NCBI GenBank assembly: GCA_040752415.1 | Contig: JBFMGU010000013.1 | Coordinates: forward strand, 8,374 to 72,373 | Direction of reading: 5' to 3' | DNA from: Myxococcota bacterium | GTDB taxonomy: Bacteria > Myxococcota > JACRCW01 | Length of the DNA stretch: 64,000 bases | Shown: positions 37,986 through 50,900 of the stretch, piece after piece | Layout: each line of letters starts with the position of its first letter | Numbering within the stretch: position 1 is the first letter of the stretch | Notes under the pieces: generated by a model | Told to the model about the DNA's origin: nothing | Database searches by the model: none | Seen by the model: only the letters and a program-made list of their open reading frames with translations | Program-made: the position numbers and the translations under genes

Positions 37986-38918
37986 CTACTCCGACGCCGT
38001 CGACATCACGAAGGTGCTGGCGACCATGGCCACGCCCACCGCGCCCACCACCAGCGCCACCAGCCCGCTGGCCAGCCCCACGACGAGCCCCAGGGTCCCG
38101 CCGGTGCCCATGAGCCGGTAACGTTCGATCTCCGCCGCGGAGTGCCGTGTCGCCGACGGGGGATCCAGCACCGCGGGAATCTGGAAGTTGATGACGTACA
38201 CCAGCAACACGGTGCCCGCGCCGGTGATGACACCCAGCGAGGCCAGCGCCCCCACGACGGCAGCGAACACCCCGAAGCTGCCCGCGAGCCTCAGCGTGGT
38301 GGTGAAGGTCCGTCCCAGCACGCCCCCGCCGCCTTCCGCTTCCGCGGGGTCCCGGTTGGCGCCCACGCGCGCCGTCGCCGACGACGCACGGGAGATGCGG
38401 AAGCTCCTCAGCTCCTTGGCCTGGGGAAACAGCTCGGCCAGCGCGTCGGGGATGAGCGCGGAGATGGCTTCCTCGTCGGTGGCGTCAAACTGGCGCGCCA
38501 CGCTGCCAATGGCCTTGGCCTCCGCGGCCGCAATGCGCGTGATGGTGATGACGTAGCTGTCCCCCAGCCGGCCCAGCGTGGCGCGGAGGACCTCGGAGGC
38601 GTTGAGCGCGCCGGCAATCTCCGTGGCACAGCTCTCACTGGTGCAGCCCGCCACCATCTTGCGTTGCTCCTGCGTTAGCAGCTCCTCCACCTCGGCAAAC
38701 GTCATCACCGTGAGGCTGGGAGCCTTGCGCAGCGTGGTGGCGATCATCTCGGCGGTGACGTCGGCCAGGTGGGGCTGCACCTCACCCTGGGTGCGCACCG
38801 GGAGCACCAGCACGCTGCCCTTTTTCGCAGTTCCCTTGGCGCCCCCCAACGCTGTCACCGCCTGCTCAGGTGACTGGGCCAACACCACCGACAACACCAG
38901 CGAAGCAACCAGGGACAT
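37986..38918 (-). CDS. Hypothetical exported protein with TolB-N/CsgG-like alpha/beta domain and C-terminal hydrophobic helices
   Basis: Signal peptide; GCTSESCATEIAGALNA..G.LGDSY pattern seen in myxobacterial proteins; two to three TM segments. Confidence 0.65.
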   Translation of the reverse strand: MSLVASLVLSVVLAQSPEQAVTALGGAKGTAKKGSVLVLPVRTQGEVQPHLADVTAEMIATTLRKAPSLTVMTFAEVEELLTQEQRKMVAGCTSESCATEIAGALNASEVLRATLGRLGDSYVITITRIAAAEAKAIGSVARQFDATDEEAISALIPDALAELFPQAKELRSFRISRASSATARVGANRDPAEAEGGGGVLGRTFTTTLRLAGSFGVFAAVVGALASLGVITGAGTVLLVYVINFQIPAVLDPPSATRHSAAEIERYRLMGTGGTLGLVVGLASGLVALVVGAVGVAMVASTFVMSTASE

Positions 38919-39004
38919 GGCGAGGCAACAAACCAAGTCCACGCGTCAGGTGTCAATGGATTTTGCTGGCGCGCAACCGCCGCGGGCTCCGACGAGAGCG
39001 GCGC

Positions 39005-39649
39005 TCAACCGGGAATCAGGTGGTTCATGCGGTCGCGCTTGGCGGCAACGTATGCGTGGCTGAGCGGATTGAGCGCCACCAGCACCGGCACGCGGCCGCG
39101 CACCTCCACGCCCAGCTCCCGCAGCGCGTCCACCTTGCTGGGATTGTTGGTCATGAGCCGGATGCTGCGCACGCCCAGCTCACGGAGCACCGCTGCGGCC
39201 GCGTCGTAGCGACGGGCGTCGTCGGGGAGGCCCAGCACGCGGTTGGCATCCACGGTGTCCACGCCGCGCGCCTGCAGCGCGTACGCCCGCACCTTGTTGG
39301 CCAGCCCGATGCCCCGCCCCTCCTGGCGCAGGTAGATCACCGCGCCCCGCCCCTCCTGCGCCACCTGCTGCAACGCGCGCTCCAGCTGGTCGGCGCAGTC
39401 GCATTTCAAGGAGCCAAAGACCTCGCTGGTCATGCACTCGGAGTGCACGCGCACCAGCACGTCGTCACCGCGGAGGTCCCCCAGGGCCATCACCACCTGC
39501 TCCAGGTGCGGCTCCAGCACGTGGCGGAAGACGATCATGCGGAAGTTGCCGTGGCGCGTGGGCAGCGGGGCCTCGGCGGCAATCTCCACGTCGGAGGCCT
39601 CCGGCGTGACGTCGGGGACAATGCGGGGAACAGCGGTCATGGCAGGCAT
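39005..39649 (-). CDS. ribA: GTP cyclohydrolase II
   Basis: LPTRHG, LVRVHSEC..GSLKCDC, YLRQEGRGIGL.NK and LMTNNP.K; start 39649 or 39640. Confidence 0.93.
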   Translation of the reverse strand: MPAMTAVPRIVPDVTPEASDVEIAAEAPLPTRHGNFRMIVFRHVLEPHLEQVVMALGDLRGDDVLVRVHSECMTSEVFGSLKCDCADQLERALQQVAQEGRGAVIYLRQEGRGIGLANKVRAYALQARGVDTVDANRVLGLPDDARRYDAAAAVLRELGVRSIRLMTNNPSKVDALRELGVEVRGRVPVLVALNPLSHAYVAAKRDRMNHLIPG

Positions 39650-39808
39650 CCTTGATGCGGACGAGGTCACTGCGGCCGGCACGTCATGACGCATGCGGGG
39701 GACCCCACTCCGGTGAATCCGGACCACGCGACCATGGCCCGTGCGGCGTAAGGATGCCCGGCGCGGCAAAAGGGTTCGTGATCCGCACGCTCAAGCACCC
39801 GCTGCCGG

Positions 39809-40351
39809 TCAGGGCTGGCACTGGGAGCGCTGGAAGTCGCAGGTCAGGCCCTGGCAGCAGTCCCCGGTGCGGTCGCAGAAGCCGCCCTGCGTCACGCAGG
39901 TGGTCCCTTCCTGGCACTGCTGGGTGGTGGCGTTGCAGTTGCTGGAGCAGCAATCCAGCGGGTCCATGCAGAACGCGCCCTCCTCGCCGCACGTCGTGGG
40001 AGCGCAGGTGCCGTTCTGCTGGCAGTTTCCCGAGCAGCACTCGGTGTTGATGGTGCAGGAGCCCTGGTCGGCCACGCAGCCCGCGGGTGCGCACCGCTGG
40101 GACACGCAGTTCCCCGAGCAGCACGTCGCGGGTTGAGTGCACACGCTCCCCTGCGGTGCGCACGTGGGTGCCTCACAGTAATTGCCCAGGCATTCTCCGT
40201 CGCAACACTGCGCATCCTGCGTGCACGGCGCGCCCTCCTGGCGACACTGGGCCTGCGCCGCGTCGGAGCCGGTGCCGGCGTCGGTGCGAGCGCCTCCGTC
40301 GTCACTGCAGCCCAGCATGGCCAACGCAAGGAGGACGGGGATGGGCTTCAT
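39809..40351 (-). CDS. Cys-rich lipoprotein with five tandem knottin-like (C-C-CC-C-C) modules
   Basis: MKPIPVLLALAMLGC lipobox, followed by five six-Cys units. Confidence 0.8.
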   Translation of the reverse strand: MKPIPVLLALAMLGCSDDGGARTDAGTGSDAAQAQCRQEGAPCTQDAQCCDGECLGNYCEAPTCAPQGSVCTQPATCCSGNCVSQRCAPAGCVADQGSCTINTECCSGNCQQNGTCAPTTCGEEGAFCMDPLDCCSSNCNATTQQCQEGTTCVTQGGFCDRTGDCCQGLTCDFQRSQCQP

Positions 40352-40472
40352 GGGCTCCCTCTCGACGGAACGGGAGATTTCCCCAGCCGCCGTGTTCCCA
40401 CAAGCCCGCTGACGCACAGGCCCGCGCTGGGTCCACCTTTGCCGCCGCGCCGGGTTGTGGCACGAGTCCGCC

Positions 40473-41885
40473 ATGGCCATCAGCGTGTTCGACCTGTTCA
40501 AGATTGGCATTGGCCCCAGCAGCTCACACACCGTGGGCCCCATGCGCGCGGCGCGTTCGTTCGTCGTGGAGCTGGAGGGCGCGGGCCTGTTGCCGCGGAC
40601 CACCGCGGTGGAGGCGGAGCTGTTCGGCTCGCTGGGCGCCACCGGGCGCGGGCACGGGACGGACAAGGCCGTGGTGCTGGGCCTCATGGGTGAGACGCCC
40701 GACGGTGTCGACGTGGAATCCATTGAAGGCACCATGACCGCGCTGCGCCGCGACGCGCGTCTCAGGCTGCTGGGCCGTCACGAGGTGGCGTTCCATCCCG
40801 CCGAGCAGCTCTCCTTCCTGCGCAAGAGCCTGCCCTACCACCCCAACGGCATGCGCTTCACCGCGCGCTCCCACGACGGAACGGAGCCGCGCTCCCGGGT
40901 GTACTACTCGGTGGGCGGCGGCTTCGTTGTCGACGAGAACGCGGCCAGCGGTCAGTCCCCCATCATGCCCGACGCCACGCCCCTGCCCCACCCGTTCCGC
41001 TCCGCGGCGGAGTTGCTGGCGCTGTGCGCGCGGCATCGCCTGAGCATCAGCCAGGTGATGTTGGAGAACGAGCGGGCCTTCCGTCCCGAGGAGGAGACGC
41101 GCGCCGGGCTGCTGCGCACCTGGAACACCATGCGGGAGTGCATCCAGCGCGGCTATCGCACCGAGGGCGTGTTGCCCGGCGGGCTCAAGGTTCCACGACG
41201 TGCGCCAGCGCTGTACCGCAAGCTCATCGAGAACCCGGAGGCCGGCCTGCGTGACCCGCTCACGGCCATGGACTGGGTGAGCCTGTACGCGCTTGCCGTG
41301 AACGAGGAGAACGCGGCGGGCGGTCGCGTGGTGACGGCGCCCACCAACGGCGCGGCGGGAATCGTCCCCGCGGTGCTGCACTACTACCGGAAGTTCGTGT
41401 CCTCCGCGTCCGACGACGGCGTGGTCCGCTTCCTGCTCACCGCGGGCGCCATTGGCGTGCTCTACAAGGAGAACGCGTCCATCAGCGGCGCGGAGGTGGG
41501 CTGCCAGGGTGAGGTGGGCTCGGCGTGCTCCATGGCGGCGGGCGGATTGGCGGAGGTGCTGGGGGGAACGCCGGCGCAGGTGGAGAACGCGGCGGAGATT
41601 GCCATGGAGCACAACCTGGGACTCACCTGCGACCCCATTGGCGGGCTGGTGCAGGTCCCGTGCATCGAGCGCAACGCCATGGCCGCGGTGAAGGCCATCA
41701 ACGCCGCGCGCATGGCCCTGCATGGCGACGGACAGCACTTCGTCAGCCTGGACAAGGTCATCAAGACCATGCGCGACACCGGCGCGGACATGAAGGCCAA
41801 GTACAAGGAGACCGCGCGCGGTGGCCTGGCGCTGCACGTGCTGGAGGCGCCGCCGGATTTCAGCGTGAACCTGCCGGAGTGCTGA
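40473..41885 (+). CDS. sdaA: L-serine ammonia-lyase (Fe-S, single chain)
   Basis: [50 protein letters not shown] and [16 protein letters not shown]. Confidence 0.96.
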   Translation: MAISVFDLFKIGIGPSSSHTVGPMRAARSFVVELEGAGLLPRTTAVEAELFGSLGATGRGHGTDKAVVLGLMGETPDGVDVESIEGTMTALRRDARLRLLGRHEVAFHPAEQLSFLRKSLPYHPNGMRFTARSHDGTEPRSRVYYSVGGGFVVDENAASGQSPIMPDATPLPHPFRSAAELLALCARHRLSISQVMLENERAFRPEEETRAGLLRTWNTMRECIQRGYRTEGVLPGGLKVPRRAPALYRKLIENPEAGLRDPLTAMDWVSLYALAVNEENAAGGRVVTAPTNGAAGIVPAVLHYYRKFVSSASDDGVVRFLLTAGAIGVLYKENASISGAEVGCQGEVGSACSMAAGGLAEVLGGTPAQVENAAEIAMEHNLGLTCDPIGGLVQVPCIERNAMAAVKAINAARMALHGDGQHFVSLDKVIKTMRDTGADMKAKYKETARGGLALHVLEAPPDFSVNLPEC

Positions 41886-41919
41886 GGACCGGGCGGCCGC
41901 ATCGTCAGCCGCCCGATCC
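41886..41919. terminator. GC-rich hairpin between convergent genes
   Basis: CGGGCGGC (41890-41897) pairs with GCCGCCCG (41908-41915); no U-tract. Confidence 0.35.
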
Positions 41920-41924
41920 CTCCC

Positions 41925-44900
41925 TCACCGACGTCGTCGCCGCGTTCCCGCGAGCAGCACCGCCCCCAACAACGCGAGCAGCGGCGTCGGCCCGTTGCCC
42001 GCCTCCGCACAACGACACAATCCCGGCGTGCTTCCCGTGCCCGGTTCCTCGGGCGGAGTGCTCACCCCCGCGTCGGGTGACGTCTTGCCAGCATCGACGG
42101 TGACAGGCTCCCCCGCGTCGGGAGCGCCAGCGTCGGGCGTGACCGCGGCATCTGGTGTCACCGCGGCATCCGGTGTCACCGCGCCGTCCGGTGTCACCGC
42201 GGCATCCGGGGTCCCGGCATCCGCACCCGCATCCAGGATCTCACCCGCATCCTCCGGGCCAGCATCGAGCGCCACCGCCGCGTCCGTCGTCACGCCGGCG
42301 TCCTCCGCCACACCCGCGTCGGCGTCGGGCGCGTCGCACGCGTCACCCACGCCGTCGTCATCCGTGTCCGCCTGGTCGGCATTGGAGACGGTGCGACAGT
42401 TGTCGGCGCCATCGTCGTGGCCATCCGCATCGGAGTCGCGCTGGCGGAAGTCCGGCGTGCCGTTGTCATCGGTGTCCGCGGCGGGGGTGCCCAGGTCCGC
42501 GTCGCCGGCCTCATCCGCGTCGGACACACCGTCGCCGTCGGAGTCATCGTCCAGCGCGTCGATGGTGCTGTCGTTGTCCACGTTGCTGGGTGCCTGCGCG
42601 TCCACCAGCTCCACGAGGTCGTCCAGGCCGTCTCCGTCGGAGTCCGGGCTGCCGGCGTTGAGGGCCAGCTCGCCTTCGCGCGTGTCCGCCACGCCGTCGC
42701 GGTCCAGGTCGCGGAACGTCACCACCGCGGTGAGGACGCGGTGCGTCTCCTCGGTCCCGTCGGTGGCGTAGATGTCCAGCGTCACGGTGCCCGCCTGCGC
42801 GTAGGTGGGCCGCCACGAGAACAGGCCGATGTTGGGATCCACGACCGCACCCGCCGGGAGGTTCGTGCCGCCGTAGGTCACCGCGGTCCCGTCGGGATCC
42901 GTGGCCGCCACCAGGAATGAGAGCAGGTTTCCTTCGGACGCCGTCAACGTCACGTCGTCGGCGGGGGTGGGCTGAACCAGCACGGGCGGGTCATTGACGG
43001 GCGTGATGGTGACCTCCACCGTGGCCAGTCCGGAGTCCAGCTGACCGTCCCGCGCACGGAAAGTGAACACGTCCCGCCCGTTGAAGTTCGGCGCCGGGGT
43101 GTAGACCAGGTTCGGCCCCGTACCCGAGAGCGTGCCGTTCACCGGCGTCGTCACCACCTGGAAGGTGAGTGTGCTGCCCTCCGGGTCGGTGGCCAGCAGC
43201 GTGATGTTCAGCGACGTGTCCTCCGGCGTGCTGAATGACGCGTCAAACGCCACCGGCGCCGCATTCCCCTGCGCCACGGTCAGCTGCACCCGCGCGGCGG
43301 CGGACACCGCCACGCCGTCGCTGACGGTGAAGGTGAACTCGTCGGGGCCCAGGTAGCCCTGGTCCGGCGTGTACGCCAGGTTGGGAGGCGTGCCGCTGAG
43401 CTGTCCGTGGGTGGGAACCGTCAGCACCGCGTACTGCAGCGCATCCCCGTCCACGTCGCTGCCGGTCAGCGTGATACCCACGGTGGCATCCAACTGCGTG
43501 GTCACGGACCGACCGTCCGCCACCGGAGCGTCGTTCACCGACTGCACATCCAGCGTGATCGTTCCCGGGGCCGAGGTCGAGACACCGTCGTCGACCGTGA
43601 ACGTGAAGGTCTCCGTGCCGTGGAAGTCCGCCTCCGGCGTGTAGACCAGGTTGGGCGGGTCACCCGACAACGTTCCGCGCTCGGGAGGGTCCAGCACCGT
43701 GAACGTCAGCGGGTCGCCCTCGGCGTCAAAGCCCGTGAGCGTCACCGGAACGGCAGAATCCTCGTCCAGGGTGATGGTCTGCTCCTCCGCCACCGGCGCA
43801 TCCAGGCTCCCCACCACGTTGATGCTCACAGTGACCACGGCGGAATCGGCGCTGCCGTCGTTGGCCCGGAACGTGAAGCTGTCCACGCCGTTGTAGTTGA
43901 CGTCGGGCGTGTAGGTCAGGTCGGGTGCCGTGCCGGAGAGCGTCCCGTTCGTGGGGGCACCCACCACCGCGTAGCTGAGCGGGTCGCCGTCCACGTCGGT
44001 GGCCGAGAGCGTGATGCTCCGCGGCGTGTCCTCCACCACCGTCACGCTCTGGCCGTTGGCCACCGGGGCGTCGTTCACCGACGTCACGGTGATGCTCACG
44101 TTGGCCACCGCGGACGAGGCCGCGCCATCCGTGACGTGGAAGGTGAACGAGTCGGACCCGTTGAAGTTGCTTCCTGGCGAGTAGGTCAGGTTGGGCGCGG
44201 CGCCCGTCAGCGTCCCGTTGGCCGGCGGGCTGTCCAGCACGAAGGTCACCGTGTCCCCGTCGACGTCGCTCCCTGCCAGCACGACGTTGACCGGCTGGTC
44301 CTCGGGGGTGGCGGCACTGGCGTCACTTGCCAGCGGCGCGTCGTTGACCCCGGTCACGGTGACCGAGACCAAGGCGGTGGCCGTGCCCCCAGCCCCGTCG
44401 GCAACCACGTAGGTGAAGGAGTCCGAGCCCTGGAAGTCCAGGTCCGGCACGTAGGTCACCGTGCCATCCGCGTTCACCAGCACCACGCCGTTGCTGGCAC
44501 CCGTGGCGTCCACGACCTGGAGCGGGTCCCCGTCGGCATCACCGTCGTTGTCCAGCACGCTCACGTCGGTGGAGGAGTCCTCGGCCAGGGTCGCGGAGTC
44601 GCTGAGCGCCACCGGCGCGTCGTTCCGCGCGGTCACCGTCACCGAGACGGACCCGGTGGCCGTGCCTCCCTGCCCGTCGGAGACGGTGTAGCTGAAGGTG
44701 TCCGTGCCGTTGAAGTTGCTGGCGGGGGCGTAGTGGATGGTGCCGTTGGCGTTGACGGACGCCGTGCCGTTGCCGGGCGTTCCCAGCCCGGACACCGTCA
44801 GCGTGTCGGCGTCGGCGTCGGTGTCATTGTCCGTCGCCGGGATGTCCACTGCAACGTCCTCGTTGGTGGTCGCCACGTCGGCGTTGGCCACCGGGATGTC

Positions 44901-47900
44901 GTTCACGGGCGTGATGGTGACGTTGACCGTGGCGGTGGCGGTTCCGCCGTTGCCGTCGGAGATGGTGTAGGTGAAGGAATCGGAGCCGTTGGCGTTGGCA
45001 TTTGGCGCGTAACGCACCGTGTTGTCCGCGTTGATCGACGCGATGCCCCGGGCGCCATTGGTCACCGCCGTGACCGTCAAGGTGTCGCCATCAACATCGG
45101 AGTCGTTGGCCTTCACGTTGAGGCTGGCCGCCGCGTCCTCACTGGTGGTCACCGAGTCACCGTTGGCCACCGGGTTGTCATTGACCGCGGTGATGGTGAC
45201 GCCCACCGTGGCGGTGGCGGTCCCTCCGTTTCCATCGGAGATGGTGTACGTGAAGCTGTCGGTGCCGTTCTGGTTGGAATCCGGCGTATAGCGCACGGTG
45301 TTGTCGGCATTGATGGACACCGCACCCCTGGTCCCGTTGGTCACCGCCGTCACCGTCAACGCGTCCCCATCCACGTCGCTGTCATTGGCCTTGACGTTGA
45401 GGTCGGCGAACGCGTCCTCGTTGGTCGTCAGCGAATCGTCCAGGGCCACGGGAGCGTCGTTGACCGCGCTGACCGTGACGGACACGGTACCGGTCGCGGT
45501 GCCACCGTTGCCGTCCGAGATGGAGTAGGTGAAGGAATCCGTGCCGTTGAAGTGCAGTGCCGGCTGGTAGCGTATGGTCTGGTCGGCATTGAGCGTCAGC
45601 GCGCCATTCCCCGCGGCGCCAACCGCCGTCACGGTCAACACGTCGCCTTCCACGTCGCTGTCGTTGGCCCGCACATCCACGTTGACGGCGGCGTCCTCGT
45701 TGGTCGTGGCGCTGTCCGCCGTCGCCACCGGGGCGTCGTTGACCGCGGTGATGGTCACCGTCACGGACGCGGAGCTCGTCGCGTTGAAGATGTCGCGGAT
45801 GGTGTAGGTGAATGAGTCGGTTCCGGAGAAGTTGGGGTTGGGCGTGTAACGCACGGTGTTGCCTGCGTTGATGGACACCGTGCCGTTGCCGGCGGCCCCC
45901 ACGGCAATCACCGTCAACGCATCGTTCTCCGGGTCGGTATCGTTGGCCTTCACATCCACGTCGACGGCCACGTCCTCACTGGTCATCGCGGTGTCGTTGG
46001 CGGCCACCGGGGGGTCATTGCCCAAAGCAACCACCACGTTGACGACGCCCGTGGCCGCACCGCCGTTGCCGTCGGAGACCGTGTAGGTGAATGAGTCGGT
46101 CCCGTTGAAGTCCAGCGCCGGCGCGTAGCGCACCGTCTGGTCCGCATTCAGCGTCACCGTACCATTGGACGCCGTGCCCACGGCGGTCACCGTCAACGCG
46201 TCGCCATCAACATCCAGGTCGTTGGCCTTGACGTCCACGGTGACCGGGGTGTCCTCCGAGGTCCCCACCGAGTCCGTGCCGGCCACCGGGTCGTCATTGA
46301 CGGGGGTGATGGTGACGTTGACCGTGGCGGTTGCGGTCCCGCCGCTCCCGTCGGAGATCGTGTAAGTGAAAGTGTCGGCACCATTGGCGTTCGCATCCGG
46401 CGTGTACCGCACCGTGTTGTCCGCGTTGATCGCCACCGTGCCCCTGGCGCCGTTGCTCACCGCGGTCACCGTCAGCGGGTTGCCCTCCACGTCAGTGTCG
46501 TTGGCCTTCACGTCGATGTTGCCGGCCGCGTCCTCACTGGTGGTCAAGGCGTCGGCGTTGGCCACCGGGCTGTCGTTGATCGCGGTGATGGTCACGTTCA
46601 CCGTGGCGGTGGCCGTACCCCCGTTCCCGTCGGAGATGGTGTACGTGAAGCTGTCCGTGCCGCTCTCGTTGGGATTCGGCAGGTAGCGCACCGTGTTGTC
46701 GGCGTTGATGGATGCCGTGCCCTTGGCGCCGTTGGTCACCGTGGTGACGGTCAGCGCGCCGCCGTCCCCATCCGTGTCGTTGGCCTTCACGTCGATGTTC
46801 GCGGCGGTATCCTCGCTGGTCGTCAGCGTGTCGTTGCTCGCCGTGGGATTGTCATTGATCGGGTTGACGGTGACATTCACGGTGCCTGTGGCAGTGCCGC
46901 CGTTCCCGTCGGAGATGGTGTAGGTGAACGAGTCGGTGCCGCCGAAATTGGCCGCCGGCGTGAAGCTCACCGTGTTGCCGCCGTTGATGGAGACCGTACC
47001 GTTTGCTCCCTGGGTGACTGCGGTCACGGTGAGGGTGTCCCCGTCCGGGTCACTGTCGTTGGCCTTCACCGCAATGGTGATGCTGGTGTCCTCGTCGAGG
47101 CTGGCGGTGTCGTCGTTGGCCACGGGGGAGTCGTTGACCGGCGTGATGTTCACGTTCACCACACCCGTGGCCGTCCCGCCGTTACCGTCCGAGACGGTGT
47201 AGAAGAAGGAGTCCGAACCGTTGGCATTGGGGTTGGGCGCATAGCGGATGGTGTGGTCCGCGTTGACGGTGGTTGTGCCAAGCGTGCCGTCGGTCGCGGC
47301 AATCACGGAGAGCGAGTCGCCATCGACGTCGGTGTCATTGGCCCGCACGTCAATGACGAGGTCCGCATCCTCCGCGGTGGTGAGGTCATCCGGCGTTGCC
47401 ACCGGCGTGTCGTTCACGGCGCTGATGGTCACTGTCACCGTGCCAAACGAAGTTCCACCGTTCCCATCCGACACCGCGTAACTGAAGGTGTCCGTGCCAT
47501 TCGCGTTGGCGTTGGGCGTGTAACGTACCGTGTTGTCCGCATTGATGCTGGTGGTGCCCTTGGCGCCATCGGTGCTCACGGTGACCGTCAGCGTGTCGCC
47601 ATCCGCGTCGGTGTCGTTCGCCCGGACGTCCACGTCGACCGTGGTGTCCTCGCTGGTTGCTGGATTGTCGGCATTCGCAACCGGGTTGTCGTTGATCGCG
47701 GTGATGCTGACGTTGACGGAACCGGTGGCGGTACCGCCGTTCCCGTCGGAGATGGTGTACGTGAAGCTGTCCGTGCCGTTGGCATTCGCACTGGGCGTGT
47801 ACCGCACGGTGTTGTCTCCGTTGATCGACGCCGTGCCCCTGGCGCCATTGGTCACCGCGATGACCGTCAGCGCATCCCCGTCGGCGTCCGTGTCATTGGC

Positions 47901-50900
47901 CTTCACAACGACGTTGGCGGCCGTGTCCTCATCCGTTGTCAACGCGTCGACGTTTGCCACCGGGATGTCGTTGACGGCAGTGATGGTGACGTTCACCGTG
48001 CCGGTGGCGGTTCCGCCGTTTCCGTCGGAGATGGTGTAGGTGAATGAGTCCGCGCCGTTCTGGTTGAGGTTTGGCGTGTAGCGCACCGTGTTGTCGGCGT
48101 TGATCGATGCCGTACCCCTGGCGCCGTTGGTCACCGCAAGGACGGTCAGCGTGTCGCCATCGACGTCGGAATCGTTGGTCTTGACCTCGACGTTGGCCGG
48201 CGTGTCTTCGCTGGTTGTCAGGCTGTCGGGATTGGCTACTGGATTGTCGTTGACGGCGTTGATGGTGACGGTCGCCGTGCCGGTGGCGGTGCCGCCGTTT
48301 CCGTCGGAGATGGTGTAGGTGAATGAGTCGGCGCCGTTCTGGTTGAGGTTTGGCGTGTAGCGCACCGTGTTGTCGGCGTTGATGGACGCCGTGCCCCTGG
48401 CGCCATTGGTCACCGCGACGACGGTCAGCGTGTCGCCATCGACGTCGGAATCATTGGTCTTGACATTGATGTCGGCTGGCGTGTCCTCGCTGGTGGTCAG
48501 CGGGTCGGTGATGGCCACCGGGTTGTCGTTGACGGCGGTGATGGTGACATTCACCGTGCCGGTGGCGGTGCCGCCATTCCCGTCGGAGATGGTGTAGGTG
48601 AATGAGTCGGCGCCGTTCTGGTTGAGGTTCGGCGTGTAGCGCACCGTGTTGTCGGCGTTGATGGACGCCGTGCCCTTGGCGCCGTTGGTCACCGCGACGA
48701 CGGTCAGCGTGTCGCCATCGACATCGGAATCGTTGGTCTTGACCTCGACGTTGGCCGGCGTGTCCTCGCTGGTTGTCAGGGTGTCGGGATTGGCTACCGG
48801 ATTGTCGTTGACGGCGTTGATGGTGATGTTCACCGTACCGGTGGCGGTGCCGCCGTTCCCGTCGGAGATGGTGTAGGTGAATGAGTCGGCGCCGTTCTGG
48901 TTGAGGTTCGGCGTGTAGCGCACCGTGTTGTCGGCATTGATGGACGTGGTGCCCTTGGCGCCGTTGGTCACCGCGGTCACCGTCAGGGTGTCCCCGTCCG
49001 GGTCGGAGTCATTGGCCTTCACCGCAACGTTCACCGCGACGTCCTCACTGGTCGTGGCGGCGTCGGGGTTGGCCACCGGCGCTCCCTGCAGCGTCACGAC
49101 CGCCGATCCCGGCAGCGCGTTGCTCTGGACCCACAGCAGGTACTTGCCCACGGGCCAGCTCGGCAGCGTCACCTGCGCCTGGGTGGCGGAGAACTGCGTC
49201 GCGGTGAGGAATGCCAGCCGTTGCCCGCCCAGATCCTCGATGGCGGCAATCGGGACGTTGGAGGGTGAATCCGCCGTGTTGCTGGAGCTGGCGCTGGAGA
49301 CACCCCGGAATCCCGACCCCGTCACGGTGATGCTTGCCCCAGCCGTTGCCACCGAGGGACCCGTCACCACCGGCCGCCAGGCGTCCTGCGCACCCACGAC
49401 GCTGAGCAACTCCGCCGTCGCCGTGTACCCACCGAACCCGTTGGCTCCTCCCGCCGTCAGCACCTTGCCCGACGGAAGGAGTGTGGTGGTGGGGCCTTCG
49501 TGCTGGCTGCCGAGTGTTGCGCTGGTGGAGAAGGTGGCGGTGCCGGGGTCGTAGATCTCGGACTCCGTGGGGCTGATGCCGCGGCCCCCCGTCACCAACA
49601 CCAGCCCCGACGGGAGCCGCGTCAGCGTGTGCGCGCGCCGCGCGTATACCAACGAGCCCGTGGTGCTCCAGGTGTTGGTGGCGGGGTCATACAGCTCCGC
49701 CGACGACAGGTAGCTGCCGTTGTCGCCTCCCGCCACCAGGACCTTGCCCGACGTCAGGAGCGTCGCGGCAAAGTACTGGCGCAACGTCGACATGAACGCT
49801 GTCGTGCTCCAGGTTTCCGTTGCGGGGTCGTACACGTACCCCACGAGCGACCCGACGACGAGCACGCGGTCGGTCAGCAACAGGACCGCAACGCCGCCCC
49901 ACACCGCACCGGGCATGGCACTGGTGGAGGTCCACGTCTCGGTCGACGGGTCGTAGAGCTCCGCGGAAGCGAGGGAGCTGCCATTGTACCCCCCCGCCAC
50001 CAACACCTTGCCCGACGGGAGCAACGTCGCGGTGTGGTCGGAGCGGGCGGTGGCCAGTGAAGCGGTGAAGCTCCAGTTGCCCGTCGCGGGATCATAGATC
50101 TCCGCCGACGAGAGGTAGGCCGACCCGTTGTAGCCGCCCACCACCAGGACCTTGCCCGAGCGCAGCAACGTGGCGGTATGGCTGCGACGCGCGTTGCCCA
50201 GGGAGTTGGCGACACTCCACGCGCCGGTGGCGGGATCATAGAGCTCCGCGGACGCCAGGTAGCTGGAGTTGTAACCCCCCGCCACCAGGACCTTCCCCGA
50301 CGGCAGCAGCGTGGCGGTGTGCATGCCGCGCGCGCTGGTCAGGGAAGCGGTGGCGTTCCAGGTCCGGCCCCCCGGGTCGTACATGGTCGTCGTGGCGACG
50401 AAGCTCGTCCCGTCGTAGCCCCCCGTGATGAACGTCTTGCCGTTGGGGAGCAGCGTGGCGGTGTGACCCTCGCGCGCGCTGGCCATGGGCGTGACACCGC
50501 TCCAGGTGCCCGTGGTTGGGTCGTAGGACTCCACGGAGGCCAGGGTCGTCCCGCCCAGCCCGCCCACGACGAGCACGCTGCCGGAGGGCTGCAGCGTGGC
50601 GCGGTGTCGTCGCCGGGCTGTGGCCATGGAGCCGGTGGAGCTCCATCCGCCCGTACCGGGGTCGTACAATTCCGCGAAGGCAAGGGCGCTCCCGTTGAAG
50701 CCTCCCGCCACCAGCACCTTGCCCGACGGCAGCAGCGTGGCGGTGTGCAACTCCCGGTCCCGGGACATCGCGCCCGTCGAGCTCCAGCTCCCCGACGACG
50801 GGTCATACAGCTCGGCCGAGTACAGGTAGCTGCCGTTGTATCCGCCGACGACCAACACCTTGCTGTTGCCGAGCAACGTGGCGGTGTGGTTGATGCGCGA

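Noticed and set aside
39695..39725. GCGGGGGACCC...GGTGAATC, resembling part of a c-di-AMP (ydaO) riboswitch
   Set aside because: It is on the strand opposite both flanking genes and lacks the 3' conserved CCG.CAGCTAAC portion.
39650..39808. FMN riboswitch expected upstream of ribA
   Set aside because: No RFN consensus segments are visible on the minus strand.
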